In this document: one piece after another, positions 13,601 to 26,200 of the stretch
Layout: each line of letters opens with the position of its first letter
Numbering within the stretch: the first letter of the stretch is position 1
Assembly (NCBI GenBank): GCA_000934665.2
Contig: JYFJ02001113.1
Location: forward strand, 1 to 64,000
Length of the DNA: 64,000 nt
Direction: 5' to 3'
Source: Catajapyx aquilonaris
Taxonomy: Eukaryota
The notes under the pieces: generated by a model
Seen by the model: only the letters and a program-made list of their open reading frames with translations
Told to the model about the DNA's origin: nothing
Database searches by the model: none
Made by a program: the position numbers and the translations under genes

Positions 13601-16600
13601 CACCACTTTTGCGAAATAATAATTGAATGCCTATGTACGATGACGGGGGAGAATCGGATGCGAAATGCAATGACGGCAACAAATGGGATCGGAATAATAA
13701 GGGAGCAGTGTGTGGACACTTTCTGCAGAAAAAAAACGATAGGAATAACATGATGCTGGATTGCAGAAATGAAGCGTAAATAATTGGTTTATAAAATGGG
13801 ATACTTTTGTGATATTATTTTGTCACTATAACTGTTTGGATTTTTCCCTATCCTGAAGTATTGAGGGATTCGGCGTAAGGAAGCAAAGCACGTGTTTAAC
13901 TGAATTTAGCACATACATTAGATTGAATTATTGTACTCTTGTTATTTTCCATGCTGTGTACAGCTTGCGAATACCTACATTCCGACAAATTGGCTGTATT
14001 GTGCCTGCCCTCTACAAGTGCCCATCATCAGCAAAATTACGGATGATAGATCAATAAGAGAAACCGCCTGTTGCAAGATCCAACGTTCGTTGTTATTGTT
14101 TGCGTCGTATTTTTCTTCCTTCGAGGCCGTAATCAGACAGCAAAAAAAATGCAAATATGCCATTGTTATACCCCAATTTGACGCACTTTCAGTGTCTTCA
14201 TATTCTTATTTCTATTTAATTCTATTTAATTCTAGTGCTATACAAAAAAAAAAATCTGGCAAACACACTGGTAAATCTCACGCTTCAAATCACGTGTAAT
14301 TCAAGGTCCTTTTCTTATATGATTATGAACAGCTGATTTTCTGTCAGGAAACGCTGCAGAATTTACTCCTATCTGCATACTCTGCCGAAATGGAAATACA
14401 ATTCGGATATTGCGGTCATGCACATTGTCAGTCCGGCAGCAAATCGGCGGCATGTTGTCCCCTCTCATGCAACAGAATTGTCGCAATCCCTTTTTTTTCC
14501 GGCGAGCAGATTGCACCTTGACTAGCATGCTAATAGCAACAGTAGGACAGCAGCTTTTTCCGGAAGTGACTTGTGTGTGCTATATTTTTCGGTGGTGCCA
14601 GGCATCACGAACACGAGAGAGAACGTGTGGGGGCGGGTTGCTGCTGGGTCCGTTCGGTGTAGTCAAAAACTTGGTGGGAAATGTGATTCGGTTGGTGAAT
14701 GGTCGAAATCCGAGGAGAAAATGGGGAGGTGTAGCGTGCGAGACAAAGGCGTGTCGAGAGGATGCTCGCCACCTCTTGGCCAGACATCTTGTTTCCTTGT
14801 TGTCGAGCATTTCGGACCCTTGTCCGGAACGAGACCGGCACGCCGTACCGCCCTACAACCCACTATTCCCCCAGAGCTTTGCCAATCCCCGCTCCTTCCG
14901 CAATAAATCCTACTTGCCCAGGGCAGACACACACACAACAGGGGTCATCTACCTGTCCATCTTCTTTGTCTGCCAGGGCTGCTCATGTGCTCGGTGGTGG
15001 CCGTGCGAACACTGGGAGATATAAAGCAATTAGGTGGCTGATCATCTCTTGTGGCGCGTACTATTAAACCTGCGGTCTTTTGTGTTGTGGGTAACTGAAG
15101 GCTGCTGGGTTGGGGGGATGGTATGCCAACCGTGACATTTGACATTGTGGACGGTTATGGTGGCTTCATTGTCGCATTGGCAGGAAGGAGGATAGAAGTC
15201 GCTCACGGTCATGTTTAGAATTCGGTTTGCTTTTAAAATTAGCGACTAAAGTTTCATCTGTGATACCTGCCCTGTCATAAGATATTGTGGTTACAGCATA
15301 TATGCTATATTCATCCTTTCACGTGGTCTTCACATATTTATTCTGTGTACAGGACATGGTGTAATAATTTCATGTCGCAGGGAAAATTACTAGGTTGTCC
15401 ATGTGTTTTGAATGTAAATTGAAAGAGAGATTGGAAACTGGGGTTTCTGGAGCGGATTGCGTGCTTTTGTTACCATGCGGTACCTAATTTGGTTATCATC
15501 AGAAATGTAAAGCATTTACCTTCCCTCTTTTCATTGCGAATTACACGTGTCCGAAATATTTGTGACAGCCGCATAATTTTAAGGTAGGTAAAATATATAT
15601 TACCGACCAACCATCATGTGTCAATATACTGTATCATAGATGGGGGTGTGTTGACTCAAAACCCACAATCAGTTTGAAAATTAGACTGATGTTTATGAGA
15701 TACATTGTAGGAGTGTTATTGGCTGGAAAATATGTTTTACTGCGTCCGTTTTACATGTTTACATGACTAAAACATTGCCATTACACAGAACCGAGTCGGG
15801 AACTAATTCCATATGAAATATGATTAGGAAGTATAGACACGGCAAGAATTTTGAAATTTTAACAAGAGTACTAATTAATTGAAATATTCTGCACGACTTA
15901 CGTAGACCAGATGTTTTACTTATTACTTTGGAATGGCAAATTGGCATGCAAAATTATTGGCTCATTTGAGTCGGAAGTAGAATAGGTCACGCAGTGTGTA
16001 GTAAGACTGGTGAGTAGTGTAGCTTTGTGGGACACTAATGGACGAGTTTTTAAAAATGGTATTCCAGTTCAGTGGCTTTACGGGGATGGCAGTGATGGGC
16101 TACTGCATAAGAAGAGAGAAGGCTGCTCTATTCTGCATTACTGACTCGCGAGAGCAAACATGCACAGCGCATGTGAAGTACAAACTGCAAATTGTACTGG
16201 ACATGAACATTCCCGCGGTTTACAGCCATGTAGCATGCACCATTGTGTATTTTTTTTGCGACTGCCTCATGTGGTGCCGAAGAAATAATTTGTGTGTATT
16301 TCTTGAGAGCGTTACGTATAAGAACTATTGGTTATCGACTCATTTTTTTTTGAAAAGGAGAGCATGTCAATATTGATTTTTTTCTATGTAATCCACGCCT
16401 GAATGCCATACTAACAGATACGAAGGTTGCCAGGGGACACATGGCGGCACTGATTAACACTGCAAAATGAACACAAAGGAGTCAACTTCTCCTCCGAATC
16501 GGTTGCATTGGTCATAGTTTCTGGTCGACCGTTGGTTACTAGTTGGAAGGATAGCACATTGATTTTGAATAAACATTATGACCAACACAGACCTATAGAA

Positions 16601-17114
16601 ATGCATCACCTAATACCCCACATATATCATCAGCACAGGTCCCTTTGAGTCAGTGCACATGCAGGTGAGGCCCAGGAGCTCATCACCTGTCATCTCGGAT
16701 TGAGCCAGGTGTATTTTATTCCCCCCTACCATTCATACCACCCCCCTCAACGCTACTTGAGGATTGCATGTAGATGGGCAGAAAGACTCCTTTTTTTATT
16801 TTTAGGGAGGGAGCTGCCCAACAACTTTCATCCTGCTCTACTTGTGATATTTCTTGTACCACCAGTGTGGTGGGGTCATGCAACGAACTTGTCAGGTTAA
16901 GATTTAGTTAACTTTTTTTTATATGGCCTGGGAAGATTTTGGAAGGTGGGCATGGCCATATCATTTGCATGGAGAGCCATGCAACGCAATTGGGGAGTGC
17001 GCTGTACAGTAATTAAAGTGTAGAAATGAAGGAGGCTGCCACTGCGAACTGACATGGGGGTGAGAGATTGGTAAGTGGAAGATCTTAATCTGTAATCTTT
17101 GTGTAATGTTTCAG

Positions 17115-17288
17115 AAAGCTGCCTTCGTGTGGTCTCCTTCGCCGGATGCAGCCCACATTGCCAAGCCTAGTCCCAGCACTCCTCCGAGCGGAAACCCCGC
17201 GCAGGGTCTAGTCCATTGGATGTCGGTCATGGCTGAGCACATGAACAACCCGCACCATGAGGTGCACTACATGTGGAATGGCGTCGAG
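17115..17288 (+). CDS. rn: rotund-like TF, coding exon 2 (KAAFVWSPSP...NPAQGLVHWMSVMAEHMNNPHHEVHYMWNGVE)
   Basis: Acceptor tgtttcag|AAA and donor GAG|GTAAGC; 174 nt, phase 0/0. Coding-like composition, with the GLVHWMSVMAEHM motif I recall from the N-terminal region of arthropod Rotund. Confidence 0.85.
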
Positions 17289-19453
17289 GTAAGCCATGCT
17301 TCAAAATTGCTTCATTTTTGAGGTAACGAACCAGCTTGCTGGCTCAAGCGGAATTAAAGAACTGTTTGAGTGAGAAGTAGCTTATTATCCATTCAGCGAA
17401 TCCGTCCTATGCAACACTTAATGCCAAGTTAGAGCTCATATATTACCTGTAATTGCAACAGATGGCATTGTCCAAATAATTCGGCAGCCTAATCTGTTAT
17501 AGCATCAGACTCACTGGCACTGTTTTTAATTGCAACGTAAATATTCATTGTAATCTATGAGTGCCAAATTGCACTTCTTGTAGGGAGAAAGGAATTGTTC
17601 GAATTTCTTATTGTTGTTTAAGTTAACATAAATGAGCTCAAAATGTATTTTTTATATGCCAGATGTGATAGCTTTTCGATGTATTGTGCCAGAAAGCGTA
17701 GTTTGTAATAAAATGTATCACCCAGATTCTTTCCATCCCGCCTCAATTGGCATGCAACTTACGAGGAGATTAGCATACCTACTTGTAAATTGGAATGAAA
17801 TATCTGGGGGCGATACTTGATAACTAGCCCAGATACGGCATATTTTATGGTTTCCTGTAAATTTCCGCACCGAGTGCGTAATCCCCATATAAACGAGGCA
17901 CCCGATGAGCTAACTGATATCACACAACGCGGGGGTGAATTTAATTGCTGGCTGGATGATGTCGGCTCCAGAACAGGTGACACTGGCAAGGGAGCAAAAG
18001 GGGGGTGTTGGGTGACAAAAGGACTGGGCACCACTGTGATTTGCAGCTCTCATCTCATCGCTATATAAGCTCCACCTGTTGCTTTAGAGGTGGTTAAAGG
18101 TATATAAGGTGAGACAAGTGAACCTATAAGATTCATTGCGTGATCAACAGGAAACGATATTGTGGGAAAGGGAGCATTCAGGGATGCTGATGAAGCAAGT
18201 TACAGGCAGAAAAAAAAGGTGCGATCTGTCCATTAAAAAATTTGAAGGGCATTTCTTGCGCATGTGAGTTTGCCAAGGAGTGTTGCAATAATGGGGCGGG
18301 GGCGAGATCGAAAGGAAATAATAGAAACTTATGTAAAGTATTGTTGAAATTTCGACGCCCGTTTTTGCTACAACTGTGATAAGAACCTTCCAGATTTTTG
18401 CTAAGATTTATGACTTTTTTGCATGTTTTTTCCGGTATGTAGTTCCCCCCAGTTTAAAAGTAACGACCATTTGTCAACTCGGGGGAATTTTTTAATCGAA
18501 ATATTGTTGCCGATACACCGGTATTTTTTGGGGGGGAGTGTTAAAGGTGTTAAACAAGGCGGCCTATAGAAATACTGCCGAAAAACACGTGTCGTAATAA
18601 AGCGGCGCCGCTTGGGCGTTGTAAATGGTAAATGACAGGTCGTGAAAGGCAGGATGAGAAGCGTCGTTGTGCTCTAAGGCGCTTTCCTCTCCCGGAATGG
18701 ACCCGCCCGGAGGATGTTGAGAGGATAATTAACCCGATCTGCATTGCTGGCAGAGATGAATCACCGGCGGAACTCGGCTTATTAGCCCTACTCCCAAGTA
18801 CTGCAATTCCTTTCATTGATACCACAAACCGTTAGCATTTTTTGGGGGGTGAAATAACAAAAGTTGTAAGATGCAACTTAGTGTAATCCGGTGAATTGAT
18901 TTCCAGAGGGGGACAAAATGGAGTCCCTGCGACAGTTTATGTGGAGAGCCTTCCAATGACTGTGCTTACTTTGCTGCCGGCCCATTCCGACCTAGTTTGC
19001 CTCGACCGATTCCATCAGACTCATCAAAAAGTCATGGCGACAGGAGTAAATCTATGTGTTTTAGTACGTGAGAGCCGAGGAGCCTTATTTTCCGGGTACC
19101 TGCCCTTTTTTTTTTTTACTTAGCTCCGGACACGTCAGCGACCTATGAAGAATCGGTTGCCATGCCGATGGAAGGAAGAAAAGAGAGCTATAGGGGGATT
19201 CAATTGAAGGCGTCAAATCGATCGTTTTAATGCGTGTCAAAATCAGTCGGCGATAGGCCAGACCGATACTGCCAATTAGCATATCGCTGGAGCCGACTTG
19301 GATGGGTCCCAGACGTGTATCGATCTGGGAGACAAATAAATTCCGCATTGTCCACGTGTACTACTTGATGGGAACTTGAATGGAAGGGCTTGTTTGCTTT
19401 TTGTTGGCTTTAAACGGTTTGTTTACCCTCTGTTTTTTTGTATGTACTTGCAG

Positions 19454-19502
19454 ACGAAAATGAATTCGTCCGAGCAGCACAACACTCCCTCCATGCCCAA
19501 AG
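19454..19502 (+). CDS. rn: rotund-like TF, coding exon 3 (49-nt small exon, TKMNSSEQHNTPSMPK+G)
   Basis: Pyrimidine-rich acceptor tttttttgtatgtacttgcag| and consensus donor AAG|GTAAGT. Phase 0 in and phase 1 out, exactly bridging exon 2 (phase 0) and exon 4 (phase 1). Confidence 0.8.
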
Positions 19503-22387
19503 GTAAGTGCCTCTTTCGCTCCTTGGCGTTAATTACGCGTAAACTAAGCCGCAAGGCCTTGCTCATTGTGATTGATATTTATGCTATGGGAGGAGAAATG
19601 TCTTGGTGGATACCTACTGTTACAAAATTTAATTTTTTTAAATGTAATTAATTGAACACAAAAATTTGGCGAAAAAATATGCACATTCGGGACAACTTTC
19701 CTCCTGAACATTTTTTCGGTTTCACAAACATCTGGTGTATTAGATATCGTTCCTGTTGGAAGTTGTAGTGGTCTGTGAGCTCGGGGAGTAATATCCAGAT
19801 ATCGAGGCTGCTGGGAAGAGGTGGCGAGTGGGATCCCATGCTGGCCTCCGAAAAGAGGCCCGAGTTATCGGAAATGAATTAAGAGGAGTTGGTGATTATC
19901 CCAGCAGGGCCAGGGACCCAGCTAAGAGAAGAAAGGGCTAGCTCTCTCGTCCATTTGGGGGCCTGCGTTGTTATTAGGGCCTGCGAGTGATTGCAGGTTG
20001 CGGCTTTTGGCTGCAGGCGGGATCCAGCAGCCGGGAGCCGCTTCTTTTTCGTGGCGCTTGCACGCACGCTTGTTTCGGGAGGTTCTGCCTCGAGGCGGCC
20101 CCGGAGCTTGGGGGTTGTCTCCGGGAAGGTGCTCTCGGAATTGAAATGCCGCTGCATTGTGTTGTAAACGAATAAATTTTTACTATGTTAACAAGTGTTA
20201 TAATGATTAGCAGGCGAGAAATTATGGATTGTTTGCTCCAGCAATCTGAAACGGGTTTCATGTATTGAAACTGGTTGCTGGAATATGCATTCCATGAAAT
20301 TTTTCCCTCGGGGGGCCTTAGAGTTATAGGATATTTATTGGCATGAATGGAAACCTTCACAGATTGATTGACATATTGCACATATTGGAGTTGACATACT
20401 GCAGCAGGAAAATGTTTGATATGCGAATGTTATATTCAAAACTTGCAGAAAGCGGGCGTAGTTCTCTGAGGGGGCCTCCTTTCAAAAATAGAACGGGTCA
20501 ATTTCGATAGTGCGACCCAGTACAGCATTTTCATGTCTGAGCCTAACAGACGACGACTGCATTGCACAGTACGCGTATGGAGCATTTATAATTCCTTTTG
20601 CAAGGGGAAAAATAATTATCCCGTTGGCAAATCACGAGCAGGGAGCCAAACGCACTTGCCGACCTCAAAACAGGTCCGGCGGTATAGTCTCCACTTTGTA
20701 CCTTATCGAGCGCGGTCTAGTCTGGGTCTAGTATTTTTAGAGCGAATAATTATGTTCAATAATGTAGAGTGTATGAAGGTTTGGTGCTGCAGACGTGCAG
20801 CGCAGATAACGACGAGTCAGTCTCATTCTAGCTCTTTTCATACCAAACCACTTTGAAGTTATCAGACAAATATGTCTGCAAAAAAAACAAGAGTGTGGAG
20901 CAGCTTTTGCTTTGGGATCTGCTCGTGAGCAGGGGAGATAAGGCAGCCCCCTTCCTATAATCGGTCCCGCCACCTAAGCATTACTAGTTTCCTGACTCGG
21001 CCCGGTAATGGTTATTTTATTTCACTGGTTACTACTCCGCCGAGGGTAAACCACGAATTAAGGGAGTGTAAGTGTATATTGCAAGCGCGATCAATCGTCG
21101 TGTCCGTGAAAAGAAATTCGGACATGTTCCACTTGCAAATTGCCCGCGTTTATGTGCACTTCAAGGGTATGTGTTTTTGTTTGCACCGAGGCCAATGGTC
21201 AGTACGCGGAAATTGAGAATATCACCTTAGCGCAATGCACACGCACCTGTTGATTTTGGAAAGGGGGGGGGGTCGGATTTTGTAATTCGCGCCAATATTT
21301 GCGCGACCGGTAGAGGGCGCGGGCGGTTTGTGTGTGTATAGCTCCGGAGAAAGGTAATCCTGCTATTATGGGTAATCGCCAGAGTGGATTGTAGTTCCTG
21401 AATTTCCCACATAGGTGGGTTACCTTGACGAGGAAATCATTGGCATAGCCCCGGCAAATTAATCCCGGCGTAATTCCGCACACGTGCATAATATTAGCGG
21501 TGTGGCGGATTGGCGCCGGGCCTGGTGTTTTCCGAATCTGTTTGATCGGGTCGCGCTCTTGCGTTGACGCGTTTTGCTCTCCCTGGGCCTCGGCCACTAA
21601 AACCAGAACTTGGGCCAACTCGTCAACTCCCGGGGATAGCAAATGTAAGAGAGGCGGGTTATATGGGGTTGGATATCATTTGACGGCACGTGGTGGGGGG
21701 TGCTTGTCATTTGCCTGGTGTTGTCAGTGCGACCGCCGTGTCAGCGGATCGTTTTGGGATCCATCACGGGTATTGACAGAACTTCAAGGTAGCTCACCAC
21801 ATGCGGTCGTGTTGATATGATTCGCTTGAGACACATATTTCCACAACCGGAGCGGAGAGGAGAGGGTGGGCAGCAGGTATATAATGAGCGGTGGATCCGT
21901 GAAACCTCATTGTTTTAGGCGGTTCGATTCGATGGTTGTTATCATTTTGAGGTTTGGTTGTGGTCGAAAGTGCGGAAGTACTCGTGTTTTTAAAAATCAT
22001 TTGGTAGAGTGCAGTTGTAGGCATTTTTACCCACCAATTTACAGTATTGGCGGGGACGTGGATTTAATTATGCATTGAGCAATAGTGCACTACTTCAATA
22101 ATAATCGTCCTCTTGGGGTTGTATATAGGCCTGTATGGACACTGGTAGCTGGGCACCTACGCGTACAAGGCCGTAGTAGCAATGCATTCTGTTTGCATAA
22201 TGCCACAACAACCGAACGAGAAATGAGAGGAGGTAAATCTCCCGATAATAAAACTGTATAGGTCTGTCACCTTTTCCTGGGAGAATGAGTAGAAGAACAA
22301 TGGCATTGATAATACATTATTGTAACGATGCAATATGCTGTAAAAGTGATTTAACGCCTTTCATGTAAATTGTAGATATGTCTATGA

Positions 22388-22688
22388 CAGTAGTTACCAA
22401 CCTTTCTCGAGTCGCGACCCCCATTTATAATAGCCAAGTAACCTGCGACCCCCCCCCACCCGCCCCCACAAACACACTCATTTACGTAAAATTGTATTTT
22501 TATAGGGTAAAGAAAACATGTCATATTTTCATAACATAATAATGACCTAATATTTAATTAACCCAACATTTAATGAGATGGTTGCAGGGGCATCAGGCGA
22601 ACTACTGCATAATTCGCAGCCGAGTGTTTGTTAATATTAAAAATTTATAATTATAAAAAAACCGCGATCCCCAGGTTGGGATCCACTG
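22388..22688. mobile_element. Non-autonomous hAT (Charlie-like) DNA transposon / MITE, ~301 bp
   Basis: Imperfect 16-bp TIRs CAGTAGTTACCAACCT ... AGGTTGGGATCCACTG (13/16 match). Subterminal GCGACCC/GCGATCC motifs. Degenerate 8-bp TSD GTCTATGA / GACTATAA (6/8), resembling the NTCTAGAN Charlie target preference. Confidence 0.7.
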
Positions 22689-22923
22689 GACTATAAGAAC
22701 GTGTATTCTATAATAATCAAAGCAGGAGTTCTAGCTTAATTTAGAATATCATTAAACAGGTTTTTCAAATATTTGTTTTGTCTGTATAATTTTGACCAAT
22801 CATATCCTCAATTAAGATATGAGTAATTGTTATGCGAGACAGGTCTTCAGGTAAAGTAATCAACTGGGAATATTATAATTGCAAATTTCTGCAGTCTGTT
22901 ACTGTACATGGAGAGTGGCTCAC

Positions 22924-23154
22924 ACGTCAGTCGCGTAGTGGTTATCGCCGCAGCCTTCCCAATTCTGAGGTCCCGAGTTCGATTACCGAGTCGGAGAGAG
23001 GAATTGCTCGTGTGGAAATACTTTTGATGGGTTCTCTACGCCCTCGCGTGCGTTTTCTCGTGATTCTGTCGGGTTTCCTGCGGCAATTTATAAATACATC
23101 ACAGCCCAGTGAATGAAAACGGGATTGAAAGGGGCCTATCAAGAGGTATATACA

Positions 23155-23218
<64 letters not shown>
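22924..23218 (+). mobile_element. tRNA-derived SINE with (ATT)n tail
   Basis: tRNA-like head with an A-box-like TCGCGTAGTGG (22931) and B-box GAGTTCGATTAC (22975) at tRNA spacing. The anticodon-arm-like GCAGCCTTCCCA resembles tRNA-Gly. A ~170-bp body follows and ends in a (TTA)~21 tail. No clear TSD. Confidence 0.7.
23156..23218. repeat. (TTA)~21 microsatellite (SINE tail)
   Basis: Directly visible perfect trinucleotide run. Confidence 0.97.
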
Positions 23219-26200
23219 GGCCGTTGTTGTTATGGAAATATTGAGCACATAAGGAACACACGTGATCGTTCAGAATTTGTTTTCAACTCTTGCTTCATAC
23301 AAATGTAAAATTCAACCAAAAAAAAGAAAGAAAGAACCCTGAACGACTTGACCCATTGAAAGGAGTAGGCCTAGTTGGTGATGTAGGAGACACAAGTAAA
23401 ATATACTAATAGGAAAATGTTAAATAATTTTAGACCTACATATAAGAGCCGCTTAGTTTTATGCTTTTTCAGTATGTAGCCTACAACACAACATGTGAAA
23501 GTGCAAGTCGAAGTATACTGCATGTGATACAACTATTATATCAATAGGCCTTTGTAGGTTTGTATAAAGAATTTTAGTGTAATGTGACTACTGCAGTTAA
23601 ATTGAAATGCATTTACCAACCAGTGCAAACAGTGAGTTGCATGTTTCAGTCAATTCCCAACTACATATACCATGTACGTTTTGTCCGATGAAGTTCATTG
23701 CACAATGGGAGTGCACAGTTCTCTATAATGTACTGCGTCAAAGCTAAACATTTTATATAGGCAATATGACATTTATACAGTGCAAAAATATACTCGGCAA
23801 GGGGAAGTCGAACTGCAGAACTTCATGCTGAATATAGCCTATACCGCTGTAGCTGCCAATTTCAACTATAGTAGTCTAAAAGATCATGCATCAGATGTGT
23901 ATTGATATTGTTTTAATCCTCCTAGATACACATTGGCTAGCTTAACAGATACCTAATGTTAGAGGAATTACAACTTTATTTAATTTATATTTTCTTACCC
24001 CACGATATAAGCTGTGGGCTTCTTGGGAGGGATTGCTGCTTTATAAGAGCTTATTTGTCAATATTGGGAAGTATATAGCGTACCATGGGGGTCCAAAGGA
24101 AATTTCCCACGCCCTAATTATATGAACACAAGTTCAGCAAATAATTTTATTGACAAAACTGTGTCATTGAAACATTCATTTCATGCTCTAATGCTCGTCT
24201 AGATTAATGTAATTGATAAACCGGAGCCTGCAAAAATGGCATGCGGGATTTAATTGACGGTATGAAATTATTGCCTCATGGCACTGGGAGTTGATCTCGG
24301 ACCATACGATGTTATTTTATATTCGAAACTGAATCACACTCTTATGAGCTTATGTACGCCAATTTAGAAAGCTTCGGGGTAGTAATTTTTTTCCCGAAAT
24401 CGGGAAGCGAAAATAGATATAATTATGACGTTGGAGGTAAAACTATTATTTATTAATCACGTACAGCACAAATGAAGCACTGCATATGCCCGAACTTGAA
24501 GGGCATTATTTTTACATGTTCACCCTGTTACGTTTTTTGTGAACACCTTGCAGCTAATTCAGCTCCATGGGTCTTATAACATAGTGGACACATTTGAAAC
24601 CGCAAATGCCAGAATGCTTTTGCAATTCATTATGCGATGTCCCTGTTCCTTTTCGGAGCACATTACGTTTTCTCTGCCGGAGAATTTTGCTCGTGTTCTT
24701 GTCCTAACACAATATGTCAGTTACACATACAACGCGGAGGTCAGCTCTAAAAATGAAAAATCATAAGTCCAGTTGGAAGGGAACCGAGCAACTCTGTTTT
24801 TTTTTTTTTTGTTCAGGACGTGTCTTGTACGTCTCCTTGGTGAAAGGCCGCCGGCTTTTGATAATTCACCAGAATTTCCATACAAAATTCCATGGCCAGT
24901 CTGCGGTTCTCATGATCCAACACACAAAAAAAGGGGATTTGTTTGCAGAAGAGCTGGAAACATGTACGATTCCCCCCTCAGGAATGGGAGTCCATGTTCA
25001 TCCAGGTCGCGGTTGACTATATAGGGGGAGACAGGGCAAAAAATGATTAAAAGTCGAGAGTTGGACACTTGTCTGGAGACAGGGAGAAGGGGCGGAGGGG
25101 GCGGGAATATGAAAGGCAAATGGGATGAAAAATGTGGAAAACGGTCCGTTAATCTGAGCCCTGATTTCCAAACGGGTAAGACTGGGGGGACGGCCCCCGA
25201 AGAACGTGTCTCGCTACTTTGGGTGTGTATGTGCGGTTTCGCAGTGTCCGCTTTGGATTTGGAGCAGTCCCTCGATTCCCCCTACTGCAGAAAAGGTCGT
25301 TAGGATATGGAGAAGCCCACAAGATGGCCCTCTGGGCTTTCTCGCATGTAATCCACCCCCCACCTCACCACCTCCCACTGGCTCATTTTCCTGCAACCCC
25401 TCATCCCACACATGGTGTCGGTTCTCACATGTCCACACATGTGGCCCTTACATGTCCTCGTCCAGCTGTTGCGTCTCTTCTCGCCTTCGACGCCAAGAAA
25501 GCCTTCCGACTCACTGCCCCCCTTTTTCGGAGTCACTTTTCTGGTGTATGCAGATTCCACTCGTATGTTCATTAGGGGCCTAATAATGCAACGAGTATAT
25601 CGGGGAATCGCTTGTATTGTGGAGGAAAAATGGGCCGGTGTAAAACAAGTGTCATTGTTTCTTTGTGAGGAGAACTTGGCCTTTGGAAAGGGCTATTTTT
25701 GATAGTAATATGTAGATCGTATCGTTGGGGCACAAAAAATGATGAAAAAAATTGGGGCCGTAAATTCAAGGGCTCGATAATGTGTCCAAGGTGGCTTCGT
25801 TTTGCGGATAATTACCGGGGCTTAACTGAATGATTATTTGATACTGTTTCGAGCAAACCTTGTCCCATTTTCGGGGAGAAACGTAGGATATTGTTTAATT
25901 ATTTTTTGTGTAATCATTAAGGGTATGTATGTAAGGTTGTATGTTACATCATAGGTTATCTGTGAATGAAAATAGGTTCGCTATACCTTTGGATTGTGTG
26001 GTGTATTGAGCACCATGCACTTGTTGAGAAGTGATAGTTGTTTCGAAAAGTTAGGCCTGCACAGTACAGTATATCCATAATTAGTTTATGCAAACAGGGA
26101 ATGCGCCTTTTTAACGATCTTGTTGCTCATTTTTGATATTTAACATCTAGTGTTGTAATGTTGATGTACTTTCACATGTAAAATTATTAATCTGACATAC

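Noticed and set aside
14410..15067. 204-aa and 101-aa ORFs as an additional exon of the gene
   Set aside because: No phase-compatible strong donor into 17115 and no recognisable motif. Small missed exons in introns 1-2 cannot be excluded.
22924..22995. Functional tRNA-Gly gene
   Set aside because: Acceptor, anticodon and T stems do not pair properly, and it continues into a body and (ATT)n tail, so it is better explained as a SINE head.
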